A DNA stretch of 36,664 nt from Hyphomicrobiaceae bacterium (GTDB lineage: Bacteria; Pseudomonadota; Alphaproteobacteria; Rhizobiales; Hyphomicrobiaceae). A model generated the notes under the pieces. That model searched no databases. It was not told where the DNA came from and saw nothing but the letters and a program-made list of their open reading frames with translations. Location of the stretch: positions 1 through 36,664 of the forward strand of contig JANYHP010000425.1 in assembly GCA_025359005.1 (NCBI GenBank). The letters are read 5' to 3'. Both the position numbers and the translations under genes were made by a program. Below, one piece after another: positions 1 through 8,874 of this stretch (its first letter is position 1; each line of letters starts with the position of its first letter).

Positions 1-1
1 G

Positions 2-268
2 CACGATCGAGAAGCCGCATTGGTTCAGGGCCTTACGCATCTCATCGCCCGCGTGCTCGTTCGTATGGAACCGTGGCCGACCCGGCTGACCACAGCGAGC
101 TTCGACCATCTCGTTCAAGCCATTGAAATGGTTCGCTATGATTCTGCCGAAGTGTTTGCAGCAATCGAACAAGCCAACCCATTCGCAGCCGAGGTTCGCG
201 AGAGATTCTTCTCTCTCGCAGCCGAACTGCGACAAGAACTGGAGGAGCATGCTGAGGCGCGTGATTGA
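2..268 (+). CDS. Hypothetical protein, C-terminal fragment; the frame is open to the window edge
   Basis: The frame of the 20..268 ORF stays open back to nt 2 (HDREAALVQG...) and ends in a TGA at 266-268. The region looks lower in GC than the rest of the window. I recognise no family motif. Confidence 0.3.
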   Translation, partial: HDREAALVQGLTHLIARVLVRMEPWPTRLTTASFDHLVQAIEMVRYDSAEVFAAIEQANPFAAEVRERFFSLAAELRQELEEHAEARD

Positions 269-746
269 CGCTCCTAAGCGCAGTCGCGAACGAACGTAAA
301 CCGGACCCAAAAACACCGAACCGGTCGACGCTCAGGGCCATGGGCTGTCCTCCGCTTGCCGTCCCGACTTTCAGCTTTCCTACCCAAGACCCGACGAACG
401 CCAAGCTCGGCGTTCAACGATCTGCGCCAAGTCACTTCATGGCCCACTGTGCGCGTCCCCGGCATCACCGCTGCATGCTCGAAGTTGAGGGACAAGCTGC
501 CTGTCGTCAAGCGACCGGCGGGTCTTCGGCGGCGACCAACCGGCATCCTCGTGCCACAGTACGGAATGCCGCCGCCCGCTCGCAGGACGTCGCTGCGGCG
601 GGCCAAAGGAGCGGCGTAAGCGAGCGGGGTATTGAGGGGGAGGCTGCCGCTGCGATAGAACCCGCATCATAGAACCCTTGGTTGCCAGCCCTTACCGAGT
701 ACTTCTGCGTTCGTTGCCACTAACAGCCTGCAGAGACGCACCGAAG

Positions 747-1502
747 ATGCCAATGGGTCCACTCGCCGCGTTTCCGCTTGCCGCCATCGAGGCTGCCGCC
801 GTGCGCGGCTGGCCGGCGCGGGAGGCGATGGCGGTTGATGGTTGGCTGTGGCGGCAGACGTCGGGCGGCTCGATCCGCGCCAACACGACGGCGACGCTCG
901 CCTATACGGGCACGGATGTGGCGCTGAGTATCGACGCCATCGAACGCCTGGCCCGCGACCGCGGCGTGCCGGCGTGCTTCACAGTCTGCGACGCGTCAAT
1001 GCCGAGCGACCTGGATGCGCGGCTGGCCGCTCGCGGCTACACGCGCGGCACCGAGCACGTCACGATGGCCAAGTCGGTCGATCCTGCGGCGCCCGCGCCG
1101 GCGGCGATCGAACTTGCCACGGCCCCATCGCCAGGCTGGCTCGCGGCATACCTATCCGGATTGTCCATTGACCGCCGGCCTGTGGCCACCTCGATCCTGG
1201 CGCGCCTGCCGCGATCGGCCATCTACGTCGCCGCGCTCACCAACGGCGTGACCATTTCCAGCGGGCTCACCATTCCTGACGGCGCGGTCGCCTCGGTGCA
1301 GTGCATGGCGACCCTGCCGGATGCGCGGCGCCAGGGTGGGGGCGAACGCGTGCTCGCCGCCATCGAGCACGCCGCAGCGCGACACGGCGTGACGGTCCTC
1401 TACCTGCAGACCAGCGCCGACAATACGGCCGCACAAGCGCTGTATCGAAACCGCGGCTTCCGGATCGCCGGCCACTATCACACCCGCGCAAAAGTGTTGT
1501 AG
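747..1502 (+). CDS. GNAT family N-acetyltransferase
   Basis: The C-terminal part carries the GNAT acetyl-CoA motif region (RRQGGGERVLAAIEHAAARHG...LYLQTSADNTAAQALYRNRGFRIAGHYH). I prefer the ATG at 747 (MPMGPLAAF...) over the TTG at 678. Confidence 0.72.
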   Translation: MPMGPLAAFPLAAIEAAAVRGWPAREAMAVDGWLWRQTSGGSIRANTTATLAYTGTDVALSIDAIERLARDRGVPACFTVCDASMPSDLDARLAARGYTRGTEHVTMAKSVDPAAPAPAAIELATAPSPGWLAAYLSGLSIDRRPVATSILARLPRSAIYVAALTNGVTISSGLTIPDGAVASVQCMATLPDARRQGGGERVLAAIEHAAARHGVTVLYLQTSADNTAAQALYRNRGFRIAGHYHTRAKVL

Positions 1503-1693
1503 CGAACACGGAGCAACGCCGACTTGCTTCAGCACCAATTTGCGCCCACACGCCAACACGGCGCGGCGCGGCCTGCACGCGTCCCAGGCCGTCACGCCTT
1601 CGGCACAATGATCGTGTCCGAGTTGTTCCGGATTTGACGCGATCGCTGACAACAGTCAGCCCGCCCTTTTCGATACCCCTCAGAGGAAACCCC

Positions 1694-2794
1694 ATGAACA
1701 TCGCATCCATCGCCATGAGCCTCCTCACGCCGGCCATTGTCGGCCGCATCGCCAGCGCACTCGGCATCAGCCCGACCATCGCGCAGGCCGCCATCACCGC
1801 GATTATCCCGGCCATCCTCGGCGGCATGGCCTCCAAGGCAACCACCCCGTCGGGGCTCGGCGTGCTCACTGGCCTGCTCGGCCAGCAGAACCCGTCGGCC
1901 CTTGCCGGCCTCGGCGATATGATCGGCGGCGCCAATCAGGCGAGCCTCGTCACCGGCGGCACCACGGCCCTGAATACCCTGCTCGGCTCGTCGACGGCCG
2001 GCGCCCTGGCCGGCGCGGTAGCCAAGTTCACGGGCGCACCGGCAGCCGCCAGTTCCAGCCTGCTCGGCATACTCGCTCCCGTCGCACTCGGCACCTTGGC
2101 CCAGCAACAGAAGGCGAGCGGCCTCGATGCCGCAGGCGTCGCCAACCTGCTGGCCGGCCAGAAGGACAACATCGCCGCAGCCCTCCCCAAGGGCTTCGGC
2201 GACCTGCTGAAAGGTATCGGGCTTTTCGACGCCGGCAGCACGCCAGCCCCGGCCATGGCCGCCAAACCTGTCGCTCCGATGGCGCCCATCGCGCCCATGG
2301 CGCGGCCCGCACCGCACCCGATGGAGCACGCCGCCGCAGCCCGGCCCGAACCCGCCTCGGGTCTCGGCCGCTGGCTGCCTATCATTGCCGCAGCCGCCCT
2401 CGGCGTCGCTGCCTATAGCTTCTGGCAGAGCACGCGCAGCCCGCAACTGCCCCCCGTCGCCAAGATCGTCTATAACAATGTTGACCTGACCGCGAAGGCC
2501 GGCACGCTTTATGAGGGGCTGAAAACCTCCATCGCCGGCATCAAGGACGCGACCTCGGCCGAAGCCAGCCTGCCGAAACTGCGCGAACACGTTGCAGCCC
2601 TTGGCGATATCCGCGAGCTGCAAGACAAGTTGCCCGCCGACGGCCGCAAAGGCCTCGCAGCGCTGTTCGCGGGCTTTGCCCCCGCCCTCGAAGGTCTGGT
2701 ACTGACGGCCGGCAAGGCACCGGGCGCCGAAACCATCGTCAAGCCGCTGTTGGAGCAGGTGATGGAGCGCGTCAAGGCGTTGGCCAAGGGTTAA
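1694..2794 (+). CDS. DUF937-like membrane-associated protein
   Basis: The internal ATG at 1694 is preceded by 'agaggaaac' as a ribosome-binding site. The N-terminus (MNIASIAMSLLTPAIVGRIASALGISP..., LLGILAPVALGTLAQQQK) is typical of the Gly/Ala/Leu-rich DUF937 repeats. There is one TM segment (WLPIIAAAALGVAAYSFW). The upstream part of the 497-aa ORF overlaps the GNAT gene and is Arg/Pro-rich junk. Confidence 0.7.
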   Translation: MNIASIAMSLLTPAIVGRIASALGISPTIAQAAITAIIPAILGGMASKATTPSGLGVLTGLLGQQNPSALAGLGDMIGGANQASLVTGGTTALNTLLGSSTAGALAGAVAKFTGAPAAASSSLLGILAPVALGTLAQQQKASGLDAAGVANLLAGQKDNIAAALPKGFGDLLKGIGLFDAGSTPAPAMAAKPVAPMAPIAPMARPAPHPMEHAAAARPEPASGLGRWLPIIAAAALGVAAYSFWQSTRSPQLPPVAKIVYNNVDLTAKAGTLYEGLKTSIAGIKDATSAEASLPKLREHVAALGDIRELQDKLPADGRKGLAALFAGFAPALEGLVLTAGKAPGAETIVKPLLEQVMERVKALAKG

Positions 2795-2823
2795 CCGTAA
2801 CAGTCTGAAATTAAGCATAGAAA

Positions 2824-2856
2824 GGGGCATTGCGCAGCGCGTGGTGCCCTTTTTTG
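2824..2856 (+). terminator. Rho-independent terminator downstream of the DUF937 gene
   Basis: A short 5-bp stem (gggca...tgccc) with a long loop is followed directly by tttttt (ggggcattgcgcagcgcgtggtgccctttttt). Confidence 0.55.
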
Positions 2857-3188
2857 CCTACCGGAAAACCGACCCGAGACTCACCCTCCCGCATGGCCCT
2901 GGGAGCGCCGCAGAAGGCGCAGGAGAGGCATCGCACACGCGGTGGCTAGGGTGGTGGCCTGGAGGGTCGAAATCGCACCAAATCGCAAATTTGGCGCAGC
3001 GTTTGCGTTAACGCTGTCGAGGCGCTTTTTCGGGGCTGCGCGGCCCGCGCGACCTGCGCGACAGACCAAAGCCGCGGCGCGGACATTGATGTGAATTTCC
3101 TCTTCCGCGAGCATAAATCATATTTCAGCAACCTGAAGTTAGGTTTTTAGTCCCTTAATCATCTCGCAGCCGTTCAGCGAGGCCACAC

Positions 3189-3596
3189 ATGCACGACATC
3201 CCGGCAGACCTCGACGCCTCCGAGCGGCGGCTCTGGCAGTCCATCCCGGCTGACATCCACCGCGCCCTGACGCCTGCCCAGATGTTGGCTCTGCTGGCCG
3301 CCGTAAAACCGGTGCCCGTCCGTCACGCACTCGCGCTCCGCGCCAGCTTCCGCGGGCTGGAGAAACGTTACTACACCGCCTTTTTCTTCGGCGAAGATGG
3401 CCGCAACATCGAACGCCTGCGCGCCGAGGGACAGTTGGATGCCATCCCCGTTGGCGTCACCTTCTTCGTACTGATAGCGGCGCTCGCCGCCTATGGCTTG
3501 GTACCGCTGCTGTTCCTCGTCTACATGGTCAAGTCGATGCTCGGTCTCGACCTGATGGACGGGCCGTCACCGATTCACACCCTGATTTGCGGGTGA
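3189..3596 (+). CDS. Hypothetical small membrane protein
   Basis: 135-aa ORF with an ATG start and a C-terminal hydrophobic stretch (VGVTFFVLIAALAAYGLVPLLFLVYMV). No family recognised. Confidence 0.45.
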   Translation: MHDIPADLDASERRLWQSIPADIHRALTPAQMLALLAAVKPVPVRHALALRASFRGLEKRYYTAFFFGEDGRNIERLRAEGQLDAIPVGVTFFVLIAALAAYGLVPLLFLVYMVKSMLGLDLMDGPSPIHTLICG

Positions 3597-3651
3597 ACGG
3601 TAGCGGCGTATAGAAGCACGCGAGTTGCCGCTCAATCACAAGGCCCACGCC

Positions 3652-4248
3652 ATGTCCGCCGCCGATGATCGCCGCGAAATCCGTGACTTGCTGGAGAACT
3701 GGGTCGTCTGGCGCGACGCCGGCCACTGGGAGCGCTTCCGTACCGTCTGGCACCCCGACGGCGTGATGATGGCGACCTGGTTCCAGGGACCGTTCGACGA
3801 CTTTATCCGCGTCTCGCAAGAAGGTTGGAACAAGGGCGTCAGCATCCTGCACTTCCTCGGCGGCATCTCCATCGACCTCGCCGGCACGCGCGCCATTTCT
3901 CAAACCAAGATGACAATCTCCCAGCGCGGCCTGATCGAAGGCCAAATGGCCGATATCGTCTGCACCGGGCGCTTCTACGATTTCCTCGAAAAGCGCGACG
4001 GCCGCTGGGGCCTCGTGCTGCGGCAACCCATCTACGAAAAAGACAGCGTCATGCCGGTCGATCCCGCGGCGCGCATCGTCCTCGATCAAATCCTTTTGGC
4101 CCGCTTCCCCGTCGGCTATCGCCATCTCGCCTACGTGCAGTCGCAGATCGGCTATACGGTGAAGCCCGACATGCCCGGTCTCAGAGGGCCTGAAGTCGAC
4201 GCCCTCTATGCCCGCGGCGCCCGCTGGCTCGCCGGCGAAGCGCGTTGA
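3652..4248 (+). CDS. SnoaL-like / NTF2-fold family protein
   Basis: The N-terminus (DDRREIRDLLENWVVWRDAGHWERFRTVWHPDGVMMATWFQG) matches the SnoaL_4/NTF2-like pattern. ATG at 3652 is preferred over the upstream TTG. Confidence 0.6.
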   Translation: MSAADDRREIRDLLENWVVWRDAGHWERFRTVWHPDGVMMATWFQGPFDDFIRVSQEGWNKGVSILHFLGGISIDLAGTRAISQTKMTISQRGLIEGQMADIVCTGRFYDFLEKRDGRWGLVLRQPIYEKDSVMPVDPAARIVLDQILLARFPVGYRHLAYVQSQIGYTVKPDMPGLRGPEVDALYARGARWLAGEAR

Positions 4249-4413
4249 ACGCCGCATCCGGTGCTTATCGGGTCAACGGGCCCGGCAACGGTACCTTCGC
4301 CATCCCCTTCGAACGACGCTTGCAGGGCGGTCGCGCTGAAGTAGAATGACGCAAAGTCTGGAGAGTTCCAATTCGAGGGCACGGGCCGCTGACACGAGCC
4401 GCAGGAGATAGGC

Positions 4414-4869
4414 ATGGCGGTACTTTTCCGGATACACCTGCTGGTGACAGCCGCATACCTCTTGCCCGCATCTGCGATGGCGCGCGATGCCGCCGACGCG
4501 GCCGCGAAATGGGGCATGATCGGCACTTGGGCACCTGATTGTACAAGCGGGCCAAGCCGATCGAACGTCTATCTGATCTATCAACGGCGGTCCGGCGGGC
4601 GATTGGTTCACAAGCGCGATTTCGGCGACGCGCGTGACGAGAACGACATAACCGAAACGACGCTCCTGCCGGACGGAAAGCTTGAATTGGTGTTCGATTT
4701 GAAAAGCCTGTCACCTCCCCAAAAGCGGCGCGCCGTTTTCGAGAAAGTGTCAGACGACGTTTATCGGGCGTTCGAGAACCAGGTCGTTGGCACGTCGGAT
4801 TTCTCGGTCAAGGATGGCAAGTTGCTCAGCACCGGCGCCCCGATGCGCGTGGCTAACCGCTGCCGCTAA
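4414..4869 (+). CDS. Exported hypothetical protein
   Basis: RBS 'gcaggaga' lies 5-6 nt upstream of the ATG. The N-terminal signal-peptide-like segment is MAVLFRIHLLVTAAYLLPASAMA|RD. Confidence 0.5.
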   Translation: MAVLFRIHLLVTAAYLLPASAMARDAADAAAKWGMIGTWAPDCTSGPSRSNVYLIYQRRSGGRLVHKRDFGDARDENDITETTLLPDGKLELVFDLKSLSPPQKRRAVFEKVSDDVYRAFENQVVGTSDFSVKDGKLLSTGAPMRVANRCR

Positions 4870-5283
4870 GGCGGCGCTCGATCACTATACACCGAGCCGT
4901 TCGCAGCACCGGTACCATAGTTCGATCACGCCTTCGTGATCGCGTCGCCATAGTTCGGTCTCATCCCCTCCCATGATGGCGCAATGACGCGGTGGGGTGC
5001 AGTACCGTCGTCTCCGGGAGCCTGTCGGCATCCCGGGCCCGGGTTGGCGATTGAGCGACCCGGCGAACCGCGAAGACAGCGGATCTGCAAGTTCCGCGAA
5101 CCTAACATCGACCTTTGGCGGGCCTTGGCCTGCTCTGGGTTCCGCGCCCCTGTCGGCGCGATCACCGCCGCTCTGCGCCGGCCCGATCGCGTTGCTCATC
5201 GTCACCATGGACCGCCGTGGCGCGCATCTGAGAGTGCGCGATAAACCATCGCTTTCCGAACGCACGATCGCTGGAGAATCACC

Positions 5284-6483
5284 ATGACCCACTCTCGTTC
5301 GACACAACGCCATCCCGCTTACAGCTTCGGCATCGAGGAGGAATACTACCTCGTCGACCGCACCACGCGCGCGCTGGCCAAGGACCCGCCACGCCGGCTG
5401 CTGGCAGGGCTGAAGACTGCCCTCGGCGCCAATTTCAGCGAAGAATACATGCGCTCGCAGATCGAGATCAGCACGCCCGTCTGCACTTCGGCTGCCCAAG
5501 CGCGCACAACCCTTGTCGATATGCGCCGCACCATCGCCGACGCCTGCCGCCGCCATGGGCTGGCCCCCATCGCCGCCGCCACGCATCCGTTCACGCTGTG
5601 GCGCCAGCAGCGCCATCGCGACGTCGCGCGCTACAACGCCATCGCCGACGACTTCCAGGCGCTTGGCCGTCGCATGCTGATCTGCGGCCTTCACGTCCAC
5701 ATCGGCATCCCCGACCCGGATCGGCGGATCGCGCTGATGAACGATCTTAGGCCCTATCTACCGTTGTTTCTGGCGCTATCGGGATCATCGCCCTTCTGGG
5801 GCGGAGAGAACACCGGGCTCAAATCCTACCGCACCGCCATCAACGATTCGACGCCGCGTAAAGGCATTCCGGAACCCTTCGCGTCCTGGGCCGATTTCGA
5901 GCGCACCACCGCCACACTCATCGATGCCGGCGTGATCGAGGACGCCACCAAGATCTGGTGGGACGTGCGGCCCTCCGTGCGCTATCCAACGCTTGAGGTG
6001 CGCATCATGGACGTCTGCCCGTCGGTGGACGACGCGATCGCGCTGGCGTCGCTACTGCGCTGTCTCTGCCGCTTCCTCGACCGCACGCGGACCACGCGTC
6101 GAGCAATGCCGGTGCCGAGCGTACTCGTCGATGAGAACCGCTGGCGGGCACAGCGCTACGGCCTCTCGGCCGGCCAGATTGATACCGAGAACGGCGGCCT
6201 CATTCCCGTGTCCGATCTTGTCGCGAGTGTGCTTGATCGGGTCGCCGACGACGCGGTCCACCTCGGCTGCGTCGACGACGTGGACCACGTCCGCACCATC
6301 GTTGCGCGCGGCACCAGTGCCGACCAGCAGCTCGCCCGCTTTGCAGCACTCCGCTTAACCGGCCGCCCGCGCAAGCTGGCCCTCGCCGGCGTCGTCGACG
6401 CGCTGATCGAGACAACCGCGTCACGCGATGACGCGGCGGCGCCGGCCGAGCGTGCATCGTCGCTGAATGCGCTCGCACCGTAG
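5284..6483 (+). CDS. ybdK: Carboxylate-amine ligase, YbdK/GCS2 family (glutamate-cysteine ligase family 2)
   Basis: The N-terminal motif FGIEEEYYLVD, the HVHIG motif and the ~400-aa length are characteristic of the GCS2/YbdK family. RBS 'ggaga' precedes the ATG. Confidence 0.82.
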   Translation: MTHSRSTQRHPAYSFGIEEEYYLVDRTTRALAKDPPRRLLAGLKTALGANFSEEYMRSQIEISTPVCTSAAQARTTLVDMRRTIADACRRHGLAPIAAATHPFTLWRQQRHRDVARYNAIADDFQALGRRMLICGLHVHIGIPDPDRRIALMNDLRPYLPLFLALSGSSPFWGGENTGLKSYRTAINDSTPRKGIPEPFASWADFERTTATLIDAGVIEDATKIWWDVRPSVRYPTLEVRIMDVCPSVDDAIALASLLRCLCRFLDRTRTTRRAMPVPSVLVDENRWRAQRYGLSAGQIDTENGGLIPVSDLVASVLDRVADDAVHLGCVDDVDHVRTIVARGTSADQQLARFAALRLTGRPRKLALAGVVDALIETTASRDDAAAPAERASSLNALAP

Positions 6484-6503
6484 GACGCGCCCGGCACCGG
6501 AAA

Positions 6504-6533
6504 GGGAGATGAGGGCTCTGCCCTCATACTCCC
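6504..6533 (+). terminator. Stem-loop downstream of ybdK; possible terminator, but no U-run
   Basis: In gggagATGAGGGCtctGCCCTCATactccc there is an 8-bp perfect stem (6509-6516/6520-6527) with a 3-nt loop, extendable with one bulge. Confidence 0.4.
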
Positions 6534-6564
6534 GCAAAAGGGCTCTGCTTTCGGTCGCGCGATT

Positions 6565-6707
6565 GATCGGAAAACCGCCACACACTTTTCCGATCGCGCC
6601 GCGGCCCTGTTGAAATCCGTTTGGGACGGGCGTGGCCGCACGGTGCAAAAGGCGCGGGTCCAGGGACGCGTCCCTGGTCGGGGATCGTCAAGGGGCGAAT
6701 GCCCCTT
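6565..6707. promoter_or_regulatory. Cluster of three strong palindromes/hairpins upstream of the ParA-like gene
   Basis: The three elements are: a 10-bp inverted repeat gatcggaaaa(6565-6574)/ttttccgatc(6586-6595); an 18-bp perfect palindrome ccagggacgcgtccctgg (6660-6677); and a 7-bp stem aaggggc-gaat-gcccctt (6690-6707). Confidence 0.4.
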
Positions 6708-6823
6708 ACATCGGCCGACAGGCCGAACAGGTGCCACCGCGCCACGTGCCAGGGAACCACAATTTGCACGTTGCAACCGAATCACCGCATCGAGCAGTTT
6801 CTTTTCATCGATCGCGAGGCGGC

Positions 6824-7729
6824 ATGGCAGTTTTCCTGGCAGTTGCGAACCGCAAAGGCGGCGTTGGCAAATCCACGATCTCCGTGGCGTTGGCGCAGGC
6901 CTTCGCCGCCTGGGGCGGCAAGCGCGTGCTGATGATCGACCTCGACAGCCAGTGCAACGCCTCATTGATCCTGATCGGTGGCCAGGGCTGGCGCGCCGCG
7001 CGCGACGCCGACAAGACCATCGCGGACTTTTTTTACGACCTGTTCGACGGCATCCCCGCTCAACCCCGTGACTACCTGATCCCCAACGTCGGCGACGTGA
7101 GCGATGCTGGCGGCAAGCCGTTGCGGCTCAATCTGTTGCCCGGCTCGCTGCTGCTGGAGGATATCCAGGGCGAGCTGTTCGTCCGCCAGGCGCGCGAAAG
7201 CACCAACCCTGACGTGGTGGCCAGCCGCGTCCGCGGTCGCATCGAAAACCTGCTGCGCCGCTACGGCGCGAGCTACGATCTCGTCATCCTCGATTGCCCA
7301 CCGGGCTTATCATTGGCTGCGTTAGCCGCGCTCAAGACGGCCGATCGCGTGCTGGTTCCCTTCAAGCCCGACTATGTGTCGCAACTCGCCGTCGATCGCA
7401 TCGCCCTGCTGATCGAGGACAAGGGCACCCTCGACGCGCTCGCCGCCGTTCCCTTCGAGCAGCGCCGCTACATCTGCGTTGCCAACGGCGTGCGCAACTC
7501 CGGCAAGGATCGCAACCTCATCGAGGAAATCGGCCTCTTCCATCCCATGCTCGACACGCAACTGCCGCAGAAAGAGTCGATCGCCAACGCCTTCGATTGG
7601 GCCCCTGGCCTGAAGTCGATCGAGGCAAAATACGGCGACGGTATCGCCGAGATCAAACGCCTGTACGCAGAGATCGCGCCGCTGGTTGATGCGGCTCTAA
7701 AGCCCGCAGCCAAGGCCGCCAACCAATAA
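6824..7729 (+). CDS. ParA/MinD-family P-loop ATPase (orphan ParA-like)
   Basis: A deviant Walker A with the signature lysine (AVANRKGGVGKST) sits right after the ATG at 6824. LMIDLDSQCN and a Walker B-like LVILDCPPG are also present. The upstream part of the 365-aa ORF is Arg-rich and non-genic. Confidence 0.85.
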   Translation: MAVFLAVANRKGGVGKSTISVALAQAFAAWGGKRVLMIDLDSQCNASLILIGGQGWRAARDADKTIADFFYDLFDGIPAQPRDYLIPNVGDVSDAGGKPLRLNLLPGSLLLEDIQGELFVRQARESTNPDVVASRVRGRIENLLRRYGASYDLVILDCPPGLSLAALAALKTADRVLVPFKPDYVSQLAVDRIALLIEDKGTLDALAAVPFEQRRYICVANGVRNSGKDRNLIEEIGLFHPMLDTQLPQKESIANAFDWAPGLKSIEAKYGDGIAEIKRLYAEIAPLVDAALKPAAKAANQ

Positions 7730-7759
7730 CGATTCCGCAACCAATCCCCGGGAGGCGAT

Positions 7760-8245
7760 ATGGCACGCACGACCAAGCAGCTCTCGGGCGGTGGCAAGGA
7801 CAAGCTCCTCCGCGCGCTCGTCGCGACCGAAGCGCATATCTCCGCGGACGCCGCAGCCCGCCTCGGCGATACCTTGTGCAGTGCCATCGCCGACGTGCGT
7901 GTCCGCCGCGAGGCCTGGGAGCCGGTGCGGAACACTACGGCACCGGCAAATGGCAACAGTACGTCGCCACCGCCGCTTGTGCCTGTCGACGTCGCAGCAC
8001 CGGCGCCCGCCGCCGCCCCGTTCGATCCGTTCGCCTTCAGCGCGCTCGCGGTGTTAACAAAAAAGGGCTTTGCCGAACTCTCCGCCCGCCTCGCAACGAT
8101 CTCCTCGGCAACCGATCTGCACACTCTCGCCACCGCGCAGCATCTGACGGTCGAAGCCTCGTTGACCGAACTCGCCGCCCTGCGCGCGGCCATCGTCAAG
8201 GCGACCGAGCAGCGCCTCGCCGAGCGCCGCGCCGCCGCGAGTTGA
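7760..8245 (+). CDS. Hypothetical protein, candidate ParA partner/adaptor
   Basis: It starts 30 nt after the ParA-like stop on the same strand. It has a basic N-terminus (MARTTKQLSGGGKDKLLRAL), a central Pro/Ala-rich low-complexity tract and a helical Ala/Leu/Glu-rich C-terminus. No family recognised. Confidence 0.5.
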   Translation: MARTTKQLSGGGKDKLLRALVATEAHISADAAARLGDTLCSAIADVRVRREAWEPVRNTTAPANGNSTSPPPLVPVDVAAPAPAAAPFDPFAFSALAVLTKKGFAELSARLATISSATDLHTLATAQHLTVEASLTELAALRAAIVKATEQRLAERRAAAS

Positions 8246-8266
8246 ACGACCACCCGTGTCCTGTAG

Positions 8267-8350
8267 GTTGGGTCAAGCGTTTCAGCGCGACCCACCCCCA
8301 CACGCACCGGGCTTGCATGTTGGGTCGCGCGAAGGCTTGACCCAACATGC
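8267..8350. repeat. Four-arm nested inverted repeat (REP/BIME-like) between convergent genes
   Basis: The core TGGGTC/GACCCA occurs four times in alternating orientation. A 12-bp perfect stem pairs 8315-8326 with 8339-8350. An alternative 12-bp stem pairs 8267-8278 with 8335-8346, with an inner 10-bp stem 8285-8294/8321-8330. Confidence 0.6.
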
Positions 8351-8382
8351 AATGATCGGCCCAACGCCAAACGACCACGCAT

Positions 8383-8721
8383 TCACTTCCACAAGACCGC
8401 CGCCGCGCTCATGGCAATCCCGGCGATGATCCCGACCAGACCGGCCATGCGGACAGCCTTGGCCATGAAATGCCGCGCCACCGTGCCGCCGACCATTTTC
8501 GCGCGCGCGGTATTGCTGCCGGCCGCGGCGATCTTATCCACGTGGCCCTTCAGATGATCGGGAACGCCGGGCAGCAGGCCACTGCGTGCCGTCGCGATCG
8601 CCGAACTCACGGCAGCACCCCGGATATCGATGCTGTTGCGCTGAGCCCACCGCCATAGCAGGCCGCCCAGCAGCAGCACCGCCAAACCGGCTCCGAGCAG
8701 CCAGGGACTGTGAACCGTCAT
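8383..8721 (-). CDS. Small hypothetical membrane protein (112 aa)
   Basis: The internal ATG (cat at 8719-8721) is preceded by a GGAGG RBS. Two hydrophobic segments are present (WLLGAGLAVLLLGGLLW and LVGIIAGIAMSAAAVLW). The rest of the 401-aa ORF is antisense to ruvC. Confidence 0.55.
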   Translation of the reverse strand: MTVHSPWLLGAGLAVLLLGGLLWRWAQRNSIDIRGAAVSSAIATARSGLLPGVPDHLKGHVDKIAAAGSNTARAKMVGGTVARHFMAKAVRMAGLVGIIAGIAMSAAAVLWK

Positions 8722-8874
8722 CGATCCGCCTCCAAACGATTGCCACGCACAACCGTGCCCTGTCGCATCCCCTTCAGCAAGCTGAGACTGTAGTTGGGCA
8801 AGATTGCAGCAAGCTGTGTCCTCACGCGGCGGTGCGCCTCGCCATCGCCCGCACGACCGTGTTAGCGACAGGAT

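Noticed and set aside
1301-1693. N-terminal extension of the 497-aa ORF, and the 412-aa antisense ORF at 1592..2830
   Set aside because: The extension overlaps the GNAT gene in another frame and is Arg/Pro-rich. An internal ATG with an RBS at 1694 starts the recognisable DUF937 sequence.
8722-8874. An alphaproteobacterial SOS box (GTTC-N7-GTTC) upstream of ruvC
   Set aside because: No GTTC/GAAC direct-repeat pair is present in the divergent intergenic region.
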